Positions 11,862 through 25,395 of a DNA stretch of 64,000 nt are shown piece after piece; within the stretch, counting starts at the first letter, position 1; each line of letters starts with the position of its first letter. The position numbers and the translations under genes were made by a program. Source of the DNA: Leucoraja ocellata. Lineage: Eukaryota. Location of the stretch: the NCBI GenBank assembly GCA_036785375.1, contig JAWMAR010000050.1, positions 5,208,001 to 5,272,000 on the forward strand, in the 5' to 3' direction. Under the pieces are notes generated by a model. It worked only from the letters and a program-made list of their open reading frames with translations, did no database searches and was not told the origin of the DNA.

Positions 11862-14593
11862 ATGAATGAATGAAAACTTTACTGTCATTCAGATATACAC
11901 CTAGACACAGTGCACCTTGAACGAAATTTCGTTGCATTTTACTCTCCAAAATCAGTTAAAAGTTAAAAGTTCCAGGTGCGTCCATAAAAATGCCTCATGC
12001 GCATGGTTCTGTATAATAAATATATATTAAAAAGTTTTTAAAAGTGACGATATTTAAAAAGTTCTAGCCTCGGTTTTTTTGATTGTTCAGTAATCTTATG
12101 GCCTGGGGGATGAAGCTGTTGCAGAACCTGGTTGTCCCGCTCTTCATGCTGCGGCACCTCCTCCCAGAGTTAAGCAGTATGAACAGTCCAAATTGTGGGT
12201 GTGTGGGGGCTCTGGTAATGCCCTTAGCTCTACTCAGACAGCGCTTGTACCCCATGTCCATGATGGAAGGAAGAGAAGTCCCAGTGATTTTTTCCGCTGT
12301 CCTCACCACTCTCTGAAGGCACTTCCAGTCCGCAGCTGTACAGCTGCCGCACCACGTGGAGATGCAGCTGGTCAGGACCGACTCAATTGTGCTTCTGTAG
12401 AAAGTGGCGAGGATGGGAGGGTGGAGGTGTAAACTTCTCAACCTGCGGAGGAAGTACAACCGCTGCTGTACCCGTTTTGCCAGAGATGTGATGTTTGTGG
12501 ACCAGTTTAAGGTGTCCGTTATATGCACCCCCAGGAACTTGATGCTTTTCACCTGCTCCACTGCTGAGTTGTTGATGCAAAGTGGAGTGTGACTGGGCTG
12601 AATTTTCCTTCTGAAATCGACGACAATCTCCTTGGTTTTGTCCACATTTAGGAGAAGGTTGTTCCTGCTGCACCAGCTCACCAGCTGTTCCACCTCCTCT
12701 CTATATGCCTGGTCGTCGTTATTGCGGATGAGGCCCACTACTGTTGTGTCATCCGCGTATTTGATGATATGGTTAGTAGTGGACCCGGCGACACAGTCAT
12801 GTGTCATCAATGTAAAGAGCAGCGGACTCAGGCACAGCCCTGAGGGGACCCGGTGCTCAGTGTGATGACCGAGGAGGTGTTCTTCCCCACCCGCACAGAC
12901 TGTGGTCTTTCAGAAAGGAAATCCAGGATCCAGTTGCATAGTCTGTTATTGAATCCTAAGGGTGCCAGTTTGCTCACCAGATGCTGGGGGATTATCGTGT
13001 TAAATGCTGAGCTGAAATCAACAAACAGCATCCGCACATGGGTGTTCCTCTCCTCCAGGTGTTGTAGGCTCAGGTGGACTGCAGAGGAGATAGCATCCTC
13101 TGTGGAGCGGTTCGGCCGATAAGCAAACTGGAACGGGTCAAAACTGGAGGGGAGTTTTGACACCATGTGCTGCTTAATAAGCCTCTCAAAGCACTTCATA
13201 ATTATTGGTGTGAGTGCTACGGGGCGATAATCATTCAGGCAGGTTATTGTGGACTTTTTGGTAACTGGTATGATAGTGGCTGTCTTGAAACACGATGGTA
13301 CAATGGCCTGGTTCAGGGAGATGTTAAAAATGTCTGTCAGAACCAGAGCCAGCTGGTCGGCACATCCCCTAAGCAGACGCCCCGGTATATTATCCGGTCC
13401 GGCTGCCTTTCGCTGGTCAATGCCCTCCAGGATTCTGCGGACTTCAGCAGTTTCAAAAGACAGTGACTGTTCTCCTGGATGTGGCTCTAATTTCCGCACT
13501 GTAGTGGTGTTCAGTGCCTCAAACCTGCCGAAATGATTATTTAGTTCATTTAGAAAGTCTGTGTCATCTTTACAAGACATCTGAGGGGCCTTGTAATTTG
13601 TTATGGCCCGGATGCCTTCCCACATGTTCCGGGTGTTGTTACCCTCCTGGAAGAAACCCTCGATTTTCTGTCCGTGGGCGCGCTTTGCTTCCCTAATTTT
13701 GCGGTTGAGGTTGGCTCTCGCTGTTCTCAGAGCCCCCAAATCACCAGATTTAAAAGCCGCATTTCGTTCTTTCAGCATGGCACGCACCTCTGCAGTAATC
13801 CAAGGTTTGTGGTTGGCCCGGGTTGTGATGTTCCTGATGACAGTGACATCCTCCATGCACTTCTGTATATATCCCGACACAGACATGGCATACTCATCCA
13901 CATTGATGGTTTGGTTATGAGTGGCTGCTGTCCTGAACATGTCCCAGTCGTACACTCAAAGCAGTCCTGGAGTGCTTCTATAGCTCCCTCAGACCAGACT
14001 CTAACCTGCTTCACAGTGGGTTTCTCTCTGATCAGCAGGGGCTTATAGGCTGGGATAAGCATTACAGAGAGGTGGTCAGAGGAGCCGAGGTGAGGCCGGG
14101 ATACTGCTCTGAAAGCCTGCTTGATGTTACTATAGACCCGTCCAGCGTATTCTCTCCACGTGTAGCAAAGTCCACATATTGATGGAAATGAGGGAGGACA
14201 CTCTTCATGTTGGCCTGGTTAAAGTCCCCAGCAACAATGACAACACCCTCTGGATGATTTCTTTGCAACTCACTGATGGAACGGTAGAGAATACGCAGAG
14301 CCGCCTCAGTGTTGGCTGCGGGGGGGATGTATACAGCAGTAATGCTAACCACAGTAAACTCCCGTGGCAGATAGAATGGCCTGCATTTCACAGTCAAAAA
14401 CTCTATGTCCGTAGAGCAGTGACTGGAAACAGCGGTAGCATTATTACACCAGCTGTTGTTTGTGTAGATGCACACACCCCCACCCCGGGATTTACCAGTC
14501 AAGACAGTGTCCCTGTCGAGCCGGAAAGTTGTTAGCCCCCCTAAGCTAACAGCCGCATCAGGTACAGATGAGTTTAGCCATGTCTCTGTCAAA
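11862..14593 (-). mobile_element. Rex1/Babar LINE, near-complete ORF with frameshifts; 5' end in the gap
   Basis: Endonuclease (TETWL, VKCRPFYLPREF, AGDFNQ) and RT ([32 protein letters not shown]) across ORFs 14062-14592, 12828-13955 and 12064-12810. (ATTC)n tail near 11862. Confidence 0.93.
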
Positions 14594-14793
14594 NNNNNNN
14601 NNNNNNNNNNNNNNNNNNNNNNNNNNNNNNNNNNNNNNNNNNNNNNNNNNNNNNNNNNNNNNNNNNNNNNNNNNNNNNNNNNNNNNNNNNNNNNNNNNNN
14701 NNNNNNNNNNNNNNNNNNNNNNNNNNNNNNNNNNNNNNNNNNNNNNNNNNNNNNNNNNNNNNNNNNNNNNNNNNNNNNNNNNNNNNNNNNNNN
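14594..14793. other. Assembly gap
   Basis: Run of N. Confidence 1.
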
Positions 14794-15084
14794 TCAGAGC
14801 TCAGACCTCCATGTTGTAGAGACTGATTGGGGCACACCACTTCCTGGTTTTATAGTCCCTCCCCCATCCCACCAGCAGGAGCAGCAGAGAGAATGGGAAA
14901 TGTTGTAAAATCATTAATATCTCTGTCATATTTCATCGACGGGAACATTCCTTGGCACATATGCGGCGGAGGGGGGGCTCTGAGCGAGGTGGCCAAAAAT
15001 GACGGCCGTAGGTGGCGGCGTTCTCATGGAAATCGCAGCACAGATCGCCAAAACCGGTCAAGAACAGAGTTTTAGTAATATAGA
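14794..15084 (-). mobile_element. Non-autonomous Helitron-like element, 5' part
   Basis: Minus strand starts TCTATATTACTAAAA and contains GGAGGGACTATAAAACC.GGAAGTG; both are shared with the element at 60286-61614. Confidence 0.65.
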
Positions 15085-15515
15085 CTAGACCAAGTGCAGA
15101 CCCGACGCAGACGTTCCCTACCCGCAGCCCCCATGGGAGTCGTGGTCCTCCCACTCAGGGGGCTCAGGAATCAGCAGTGCGGCTGTTTTTAAATGTCGTC
15201 TTTGAGGCGAGATACGGGGCACCAGCAGCCGTTATGGTCGCTGGCTAGCAGGAGGCGACAAAATGAGTGAGTGGGGGGGGGGGGGGGGGGGAGGGGGAGG
15301 GGGGGAGAGAGAAGGATTTATTTAAAATGTGTACATAAACACGACAAAATTTAATGAGGTGTGGATACTTGGAATGAAAGGTGAAATCTCTACCGAATGG
15401 AAAATATCAGGGCGTTTGTGGGTCGGGTGTTGTCGTGGCAACGAATCAAAGGCTGGCAGCCACAAGTCAGAAATACACACAGCCACACACACATACAGAT
15501 ATATATATATATATA
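15085..15515 (-). mobile_element. Non-autonomous Helitron-like element
   Basis: Minus-strand 3' end ...CGGGTCTGCACTTGGTCTAG resembles the 3' end at 61587-61614. The other end is a (TA)n run. Confidence 0.55.
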
Positions 15516-15560
15516 TAATGTAAGAAAAAAAAGTCAATGTACATTCTAGGGTTTAGTTGC

Positions 15561-15566
15561 TTTATT
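15561..15566 (-). terminator. Candidate distal polyadenylation signal
   Basis: AATAAA on the minus strand, followed about 20-40 nt later by TGTACATTGACTTTTTTTTCTT. Other AATAAA candidates at 16822 and 20211. Confidence 0.45.
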
Positions 15567-17196
15567 ATAATCTCTGCAAAACAATATGAAATTCAGACTG
15601 TGATTACAAGTAGCTGTAGTACCAACACCTGGCTGATACAAAGCAATTAAGAAAACTGTTAATGGGGCACAATCACCAAAACACAACACAACCTTGTTCA
15701 TTAAAATATTTTCCACCATTTTCTGTACATTCAGCCAAATGCATACGAATTAAAACCCCTACACTAACATAAACCTACGTTGAGGTTTAAACAAAATGCC
15801 TCCGAATTGACAGGCAAACAAATATATCATTGGTAACTAGTTGCCAACTTAAAAAAAAAAAAAATCCCTTTAAGTCTTGTCAAAAAATCATAGCAATTTT
15901 CCCATTTTTAGGAGTCGGCCTATGTCACTCTTCAGCTAGCTAAATAATCAAAACTCACAGTGAGTTGTCCTCCAATTTTCCCTCTTGTGGGTAATGTCCC
16001 TGACTGGTGTCATCATCCAATTTTTCAAGACTGGCCATCAGTAAATGGAGAAACATGACCTTAAATCCTTGTTCTACCACCTCAGGGCACAGTACATCGT
16101 TAAGCGCACCACCGTTAACCACGGTTTTAATGAGTACAAAATTAATTGTAATGCAAGGCTCTGCTGTGTACCAGCATCAATCTCACTTATAGACTACACA
16201 ATTATTAACACACAATAACCAATTTATTGGGGGGAAAAAAATGATGTTTTCACGTGACATAATTGTGTCCATGAATAATTATATGAAAATGGTAATCAGT
16301 TACCAAGATTGTTCAAAATTAAAATTGATATAATTTGGAGTGATCACCCTTTCTTTTGAGATATTAAATATATAGTGCTATGATGGTTAATATTCATTTG
16401 AAGACTAAATTGCAGTGAGCTCTGGATTGCATGACAGGGACAAGTATAGATTATTGTAATAGGAACCAAATTAATATACATGAAGTGAATGCAGAAATCT
16501 AATTTGTGGTATTATATTGTGAACATGAAAAAAGTTACCATGGAATAAAGAGGAAGAAACTCAGAACAGTTCCCCTTTCAAATCCAGTAACAAAACATAT
16601 AGCAAAATCCTATTATAAAAAAATATTAACCAGTGAATTGAATGAGGATGTGACATTAAGAATTGTGTTTGAGGTGGAAATATTAGTGTTCTAAAGTTGC
16701 AGAAGACATTTAGTACTATATATTCAATAGGTACGGTACTGAGAATAATAATTCTAGCAACCTCAAACTGCTGGCCCAGATTAGTCTCTTCTGCTATTAT
16801 ATCATGAATGTATTAAAGTGCTTTATTCAAATAAGATATGGAATAGTTACTGGTGTCATAACTTCCTTAAACACAATGCTGGTACCAAACAGGCCTAATT
16901 AAAAAAGTCTCCCAAATGTAAAAATACTTATGTACATATTATACTGTACATTTCACTAATATTTAAATTGATGCAAATTCCAAGTGCAATATGTATACTA
17001 TTTTGTGGCGAGATACAACAGCAGTAATAATCAAATTCAAATATCCCATTGAAATTATTTTCTTAAAAAGCCAATAAGCATTTTACAAATAATTTTTCAT
17101 CATCTCATTTTCTTCAGTACATTGTAGCAATGAACATTACATATCTTTGTTAAACATAGGGTCCCATGGATGTCAGAATGTACAATGAATAAAATT

Positions 17197-17327
17197 NNNN
17201 NNNNNNNNNNNNNNNNNNNNNNNNNNNNNNNNNNNNNNNNNNNNNNNNNNNNNNNNNNNNNNNNNNNNNNNNNNNNNNNNNNNNNNNNNNNNNNNNNNNN
17301 NNNNNNNNNNNNNNNNNNNNNNNNNNN
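17197..17327. other. Assembly gap
   Basis: Run of N. Confidence 1.
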
Positions 17328-18469
17328 TTTTTTTAACTCATTCAATGGAAATCAACAATAATGACACTTCCACATCCTATATCCACTTTCAGTAAGACAC
17401 CAGATAATGATGTTGCAGGAATGAAAATGGTATGAATGAAACAAAAACAAATGACAGTAGTAAATTAGCCAGTAGTTCAATTTAATATTCTTTACTCAAG
17501 ATGAATTCTAGCTAGAATTTAAAGCAGACAGAAGTTCCAAATGTCTTGTAAAGTGAGCACTTACTTAACTTGAGAATGGAAGACAACTGCATAGATGTTC
17601 AGGATTTCAAACTTATAATCTATTGTGCTACTACTAAATATATATTGTGTATCAAACACATTTTCTTTTAAAGTAGATAAGCATCTTTGTATTGGAAACA
17701 ACAGACCTGTTAACTTTGACCAAGTGTATATTTGTTTAGTGCATTCATTGAAGAGCTTTAATTTAATGGTACATACAAAACATATTGTTAAATTGTTACA
17801 TATTCATTGACATGGTTATGGCAAACGTACGTCTGGCAAAAAAATGTTTATACGGGCACAGATTTTCTTAAAATGTTTATATAATTAAATTTGTTGGAAT
17901 ATTTTAATAAAAGAAATTGGGTGAGAATAGAATAGTTTTGAAAAAGATAAATACATTTTCAACAATAAATCCTGAATTATAAAGTGAATGAGGAATGATC
18001 TAATTAATCACGAGATACTTGTGCAAGTGAAATGTATGTCAAAACAAAATACTCATGCTAAGTATGTTGCATTCTGTGGGTCTTATATACTTAAAATTTG
18101 CAATATAGAATGGAAATATAATAACATCTCAATAGCTGATCAATATGAGCAATGCTACCATTCTTAGTAAATTATGAAATTTTGAAACAACTAATGAGTA
18201 AAATTGAATGCAATCAAACAGGGAATATACCTTCAAAGTTAGGTTGCTTTGGAACACCCACATCTAATTTCATCAAGAAGCATTAAGTGGGCGTCATACT
18301 GGCAGTTATTGTTTATATTTGAACATATTCACTATTAAAACAACAACACCTCAACTATTCTTAATAGTTTCCAACATCAAAATTCCAACACTATTTTGTG
18401 AACACTGTTCTAAAATTGTACATGGCAACAGTTTGAGGATACATTTTGTTAAGGCGTAAAGGCTAATCA

Positions 18470-19440
18470 CATCTGACAAATCTGTTGAGTTTTGTTAAAG
18501 GTGTAATGCATAGGATAAGCAAGAAGAAAACCAGAGATGTGAGTAGTTTTAGAAGGACTTCGGCAAATGCCATAGGGGGTTAATTTAAACAGTTAAATCA
18601 TTTTTGATTGAGGATTTGCTAACTAACAAAAACAGTGTGGGAATAAACAGGTTATTTTCAAGTTAGGAGGCACTGACTAACGAGGTGTTGCAAGCAGCAG
18701 TGCAGGTGCCCGAGCAGTTCACCATTTATATTTATGGCTGGAAGGCAGAGTGTGATATATCCAAGCCAGGCATAATTTGTATAATTTGTAAGGGGTTTCA
18801 AGACTCAACTGGCAAGTACATGGTAAATGGATTATGAAACTGTAATAAAAAAAATAGGTCATTCACTTGGGTCGAGAACACAGAAAGGCTGAAAACTTGT
18901 TTAAATGTTAAAAGATTTAAGAATTTCAGAGACCTGCGTGTCTTTGTACACTTCAAATTAAAAGGCAGCAGAAGCATGAAATTAGGAAGGCTACGAATAT
19001 GTCATCGTTTATCGCAAAAATAATTGAGTACCGGGTAAAAATGTCTTAATGTGATGCACCCAGAATGTTGTGCACCAGTCAGGTCTCAGCTTGGCCTATA
19101 TTTTCAAGCTCAGAAGAGTAAGAGGTGATTTCAATGAAACACAAACTTCTTCAGAGCTCCACAAGATAATATTACCCCAGCAGAAATGTATAGAAGCAAG
19201 GGTGACAAGTCAGCCACTTAGGACTGATACGAGGAAAAAAATCTTCTTTATCCAGAGGATAGTGAATCTTTGGAATTCTCTTCGCAAAAGGGTGGTGGAG
19301 GCAGAGTATTTTCGGCAGAAATCGCTAGATTTTTGGTTATTAAGGATATAAACGGATTTTGGATTAGTGCAAGAAAGGGGCACTGAGGTAAAAGAATAGC
19401 AGACCAGGCATGAAGAACAGAATGACCTACTCCTACTTTT
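18470..19440 (+). mobile_element. Old degraded CR1 fragment within the putative 3'UTR
   Basis: ORF 19070-19351 retains RRVRGD and FFIQRIVNLWNSL...VVEA motifs. Confidence 0.7.
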
Positions 19441-21852
19441 AGTTCGTAAACATTTCTTCAAACTACTTCCACTGACTTTGTTGCCAGCTTTTGACTTTTT
19501 TTCAAATTTTTTTCAAATAGATGGTTCTTTCACCACACATTAAAAATCCAGTTTACAAAATGAAAATATAAATTAACGTTATCAACCTGATTTATCCAAA
19601 TTGCTGATTTAGTGACATGTACAGCTCAGCACTGCATTTTAAAACTGTTGCAATTGGGCCAGGAAAAAGAGTTTTGAAAAAACAGATAGGGTCTGAAAAT
19701 AGGACTAAATATATTTAAAGTTATAAAATATAGCTATTCAGTCCTACAGGGTACTTTATGACTGGAGATAGTTTCACAGATCTGTTGTTCCAAAACTTAT
19801 GACAAGGATAAACCAATCATTCCAAGAACACTGAACATGCTCAATATATCAAAAATTCCAAATAGAACATTATACATTTCTCTTTTTATAAGGTTATTTT
19901 TTATATATATTAGCATACATTAAAATATTTCATGAAAAAAGGAAGCAAGATATTACTGGCATCAAATTATAACCATTTTTAGACTGTTTAGTGCCACAGA
20001 GTCCCCTGGTAAAATGTAAAGCTGCACAGCTTGCTTTCATCTTGTTGCCCAAGTGTAACTGTACATTTTACTAACAGGTATAAATCAAGTATCAATGTAG
20101 CATTCTTACAGGTCAGGAGTAGCAGCAAATGGCAGGAATACAAATGCAATGATGACAAAAGTGCAATTCTAATATCCGTAAAGTAAAATATCATCAATGA
20201 ACAAGCTATCTTTATTTACAGAGAAACACTGCTAATCAAAATCAAACTGCACTTCAACAGGCTGCCAATGGCATATAGCTTGGATGTTAACACTAAATTT
20301 GACAATAACTCTCAGCCATCAGTTGTTCACAATTAATGAAGTCAATAACTGTGAAGCATCCTTTTGGAACTATGACTTACCAAAGTGACACAACTTTTCA
20401 ATCCAGTTACAACTAATGCTTATTCAAAATAAAAACTGAAACCCAAGTTGATCTTTTATAATGTCTTAATTGAAAAGCTACAGAAACAAACAAATAAGAT
20501 CAACTGTATTCATATATTTACCTTTAACAATATCTATTTTGGTTACCTAATTGAAAATACAAAAATATATAGCTTTAGAAGTACTTTTTACATCCTATCA
20601 AGTAACATTTAGAAATTTGACATGCACGTTACTACATTAAATGCAAAAGGTGGCAACTGAGGAATTTTAGTATCGGTAGGCAATGTACATTTATACAATT
20701 GTACAAATAGTTAAAATTAAATTTTGGTTATTTGCCTTTGTTTCAAGAGTGTACCACATACATGCTTTTTAATCTTTTTTAATGTAACAACTGCAAGCCA
20801 CTATAATACACTGAAATGTTAACACAAATCTATTTATAAATTACATTCTTTCGCTATGCAGAAGATATGAGCCTATAATCTTTCAATATCTGATTTTCTA
20901 GAAGCTTACAGGATCAAAATCTTAGAAAGTGTACTTGCATCCTCTTTCCGTGGATATTTGGACCCACACAACATATTTCACAGTTCTCGTAAAACCCTAA
21001 CCCAACCCTGATTACATTCAATTTTGTATCAGTGTAAGCTGTGCAAAACTTGACTTCACTGGCATTATGCCAAATAATTGCATTTATCTTTGGTACAAAA
21101 TAGTGTGCAAATATTTCTGAAAAGTACCGAAACCCTTGTTTCAATAACCATCTTTATACAATACAGACTCTGTGGCATATATATCTACATCGTTGAAATA
21201 TTCTTATATACATTCATAATGGTTTAAACAGCCAAAGAGTGAAAATAAACAAATACTTTGAAAATCCATAAAATTTACCCACTGTACATCCATTACCTTA
21301 CATCTTTTCTTTCATTTTAAATACAAGGCACAAAGAATATTACTCCTTTCTGAAACTTAAATACTAATGCAATGTCTGAAGAGGCCATGTAATTTACTAT
21401 ATGAACTAGTTAACGCATACTTAATAATACAAGAATATATACAAAAAGAATATATAGTAATGGTGTTAATGGAAGAAAATCAGCAACAGCTGTTAACTCT
21501 ATAAGGAACTACAAATAATATTTTTTTTGATTTCTTGATTCAACCACTGCATCCATATCTCTCCTGAAACTTAACATAAGTTTCAACCAACATATTAGAA
21601 CACATCAATCACTAGGTCATTTCAAAAATAGGTAAGTAAAATTTACCTTCTAGTACCTGAGCACATAACCATATCTATAAAGAGCATTCCTTTTTCCAGA
21701 ACTCTGTATCAACACAAGTTTCCACCTATCTTTTTAAAGCAGCCCTCACACAACTAACAAACTGTCACTTTTTATAATGAATCAAACATTTATCACAGAA
21801 ATGGCAGATATGTAATTATAGGCTGAAGCTGTTTTGGACAGAGGATGGCACG

Positions 21853-21968
21853 TTATGCTTTTGATGTAGGGACTCGAAGACCTTCAAGGCCACCTGTTGG
21901 GTCCCCTTCTCCTGTTTTTTCCAACACTTGGTTGACAAAGTCAGATGTTTGTCCAGCTACCATTGTCC
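21853..21968 (-). CDS. CREBRF: CREBRF last coding exon
   Basis: tgatag|GGACAATG... encodes (G)TMVAGQTSDFVNQVLEKTGEGDPTGGLEGLRVPTSKA*, with TAA at 21855-21853. Matches the recalled CREBRF C-terminus. Confidence 0.96.
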
Positions 21969-22635
21969 CTATCAAAAATACAAATCATTAAAAAAAGATT
22001 AGCTAATTAATGTTAGCAGGTATACGGCATTAGAAGCAAGAACAGCACTAATGAGCAACCAAGAGCTAGGTTATAAAACAAGCTTGCAAGTATACAAGGC
22101 TTAGGGAGTATAAGGAAAATATTTTTTTAAAGCATTAAACAACAGCTACTCATTGCTGAATCTCTATAATCTTTCCTGTATATCTTCTACTCGCACAGAG
22201 AAGTTTGATGTAGTCAGCTGTGCAGATTTAAAATCAGGGAATTGCTTCTTTGAAAATTCAGATTTGTAAGATTCTCCAATATACTTCCCACATTAACCCA
22301 TCCCAACATTCATTGACTTTTGCAAGGAAAATAATAGAAACTATAAGGCATAAAACCAAGGAGAATTGCAGAAAATTACAAATATACACATAGTAGTCTA
22401 AAGGTAATTTGTGATTTATCCATGCCAAATAATGGCGATTGTCCACTTTAAAGTTTATTGTGTAACGTCCAGAGCATTTAAATATTTAACGAACACTGAG
22501 AGAACAATTTAGCTATTTATTATAGCGATGCGTCCTCTCAAGGTTTGCCATGCACGTTAATCTATATGCACACTACGAGGGAAAATGGAGGTTGATAAGA
22601 CAAAGAATTAAAATAAACAGGATATAATTTCTTAC

Positions 22636-22758
22636 CCAGTGTTTTGTTTAAAAGATTTTCAAGCTTTTCTAGCATGCTGTTGCCTTCCTTTTCCCCCTGA
22701 TTCTGTATACGACTTACTATATCTTGTTTAATTGAGTTAATCACATAAAGCAGGTGAT
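22636..22758 (-). CDS. CREBRF: CREBRF exon (123 bp)
   Basis: ttgtag|ATCACCTG ... ACACTGG|gtaaga. Encodes (D)HLLYVINSIKQDIVSRIQNQGEKEGNSMLEKLENLLNKTL(G). Confidence 0.95.
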
Positions 22759-23859
22759 CTACAAAGAAAAATATACATACACTTAGAAAATCCACTATGT
22801 TTTAAAACAAATGTCAGTAGTTGTCAAGTGTTTAATTGTCATATGTATTGAATTGGAACAATTATATTATTACTTTCAGCAGCACAATGGATTTGTAAAC
22901 ACAGTAGGTAGATAACAAAATAAACAAAAAAATGTTTCAATAAATAAAAAAACAATATTGTGTATAAAGTAAAGCCTTAAGTCCCTAGTGCAACCAAGAC
23001 AGTTCATAGCTCAGAGTTTGTCATGTTCAATGGCATGATGGTTGTTTGGAAGAAGCTATTCCTGAACCTTTACCATCACAATTTTCAGACTCCTGTATCT
23101 TATTTAAAATACAAAAGATTTGGGCAAAGGAATACATTTAAATTGGTAATATATATGGAGAAATAAGCACCATAAACAAAACCAATATTCTTCTCCATTG
23201 ACAAATTATATATTTATCGCAAAACCTAAAACACATTCAAACTTTTATCAACATTGCTTTTAATGATGGGAAACAGAAAGTCTCGTGATCAACATGTTTA
23301 GTTAGTTTACCTAATTAAAGTAATTTAAAACAGAAAATACTGCAAGTTCCCAGTAGAAAAACCGAATTAAATTTTTGGGTCAGTATCTTTCTGCAGACTT
23401 CCTGCTTTTTGATTCATAGTTAAAATTAAAACTTCTATTTGATCCAGTAGTAACAGTTTTGATATTTTTGTGGAAATACTAAGCAAATAACATTTTACTA
23501 ACATTGCCTATTTTTGCACATCAACAGAAACATTTATCTTGATATTTACTCAGGAAGAGTGTATGCCGTTGCGAGGAAAACTCTCCAAGCTAAGAATTCA
23601 AAGGACTGTTTGTGTATAAACACAATGGGATCACGAGAGGAAACACTTCATTGACCGATCAGCAGAGAGCACTCTTGCTTGTCCTGGCTCATGACATATC
23701 GTAAAAATATTTTTCTGCGAGTCAGCAGCTCACACCTCCATTTTATTGCCAAACTTCCTCAGCCCTGGGAAATACATAATAGCAGCAGCAAATTTTAAAT
23801 ACGGCTCCAAATGAAGTACCAAATTAAGGCTCCAAATTAAGATGTTGCTGTACTGAGGG

Positions 23860-24740
23860 ATAGCCAAGTATATCCCTCATTGCTGGCAGCAGATGGGAAG
23901 TGGCTGTAAAGTGGGAAGCGGTTGTAAAAGGACAGCGCCGCTGGGAGAGGAGAGTTCCTTTCACAGCATGTGGGGAATCTGGCCCGGGTCAGCACGGGCA
24001 GGAGCGTTGAGAAGGAGGCGGTCGGGGATCATGCCAGCAACACACTCACTCACCACTGCTGCGACGCTCCGAGCAAGGAGCCACCGCATTGTAGCCGGGG
24101 AGGGAAGTAGCTTGCGTGGCCGCGAGCGGCCATCGGGACGAGACAGCGGAACCGGATGCCACCTCAGCGCCATCTGCCAGCCCGCTCACCTCTGGCAGTG
24201 CTCTCCGTTTGAACACCTCTCTCCTGCCGCTCGCCGGCCTTGCTCATGTCCGCCGCTTCCTGCAAATCCTTAAATTCCAACTGCCGCCAGGAGCAGGACA
24301 TGGCCTCACTTATTGCGCTGCATGGCATTCACTACCCGTTCCGTGTCTTTCAAAAACAAGGATCAGAGAGCGTAGCGGATCAGCGGGCGATGGGTAACAG
24401 GACAGCGGGCGGTGGAGCTTACTCCTCTGTCAGCACGAGTAACCTCAATTGGTCCCTTGAACTAGTATTGTCATTCAATAAGATCACAACTGATTCAACT
24501 TATCCCGGTGTGCTCCCGTTTTTCCCCAACATCTCTCCACCTGCCGTCACCCTCCACCCATTCGGAATGGAGGAGATCTGGAAGGCTTGGGCAAATTGAA
24601 TTGTTACTGTCTTCGTTTTTACTTATTTATTTATTGAGCAGGAGAAATTCTATGTCCCGCCAGCCTTTTTTCAAAATGTAGCAACTCAAAATGGGGGTGC
24701 GTCTTCGACGCAGGTGCATCTTCATTGCCGGGAAATACGG
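23860..24740. mobile_element. GC-rich non-autonomous DNA transposon fragment with a Tc1/mariner (pogo-type) end
   Basis: Ends GGGGGTGCGTCTT...GGTGCATCTT...GGGAAATACGG. The partner TIR was not found, so the left boundary is approximate. Confidence 0.45.
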
Positions 24741-24743
24741 CAT

Positions 24744-25395
24744 GTGAAGAAAGCAAATGGCATGCTGTCCTTTATAACAAGAGGAGTTGAGTGTAGGAGC
24801 AAAGAGCTCCTTCTGCAGTTGTATAGGGCCTTTGTGAGACCACACCTGGAATATTGTGTGCAATTATGGTCCCCTAATTTGAGGGAGGACATTCTTGCTA
24901 TTGAGGGAGTGCAACGTAGGTTTACAAGGTTAATTCCCAGGATGGCGGGACTGTCACATGCTGAGAGAATGGAGCGGCTGGGCTTCTACACTCTGGAGTT
25001 TAGAAGGATGAGAGGGTATCTTATTGAAACATATAAGATTATTAATGATTTGGACACGCTAGAGGCAGGAAACATGTTCCCGATGTTGGGGAGTCCAGAA
25101 CCAGGGGCCATAGTTTAAGAATAAGGGGTAAACTCTTTGGAACAGAGATGAGGAAACACTTTTTCTCACAGAGAGTTGTGAGTCTGTGGAATTCTCTGCC
25201 TCAGAGGGAGGTGGAGGCCGGTTCTCTGGATACTTTCAAGAGAGAGATAGATAGGGCTCTTAAAAATAGTGGAGTCAGGGGATATGGAGAGAAGGCAGGA
25301 ACAGGGTACTGATTGGGGATGATCAGCTATGATCACATTGAATGGCAGTGCTGGCTCGAAGGGCCGAATGGCCTACTCCTGCACCTATTGTCTAT
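24744..25395 (+). mobile_element. CR1 LINE 3' fragment
   Basis: KKANGML.FI.RG..LQLYRA.VRPHLEYCVQ.WSP in ORF 24714-25118, followed by a CR1 3'UTR. Confidence 0.9.

Larger units (their letters stand above)
15540..21852 (-). other. CREBRF: Probable long CREBRF 3'UTR (distal end inferred)
   Basis: AT-rich and almost free of recognisable repeats, unlike its flanks. Begins right after the stop codon and ends near an AATAAA followed by a U-rich tract. Confidence 0.6.
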
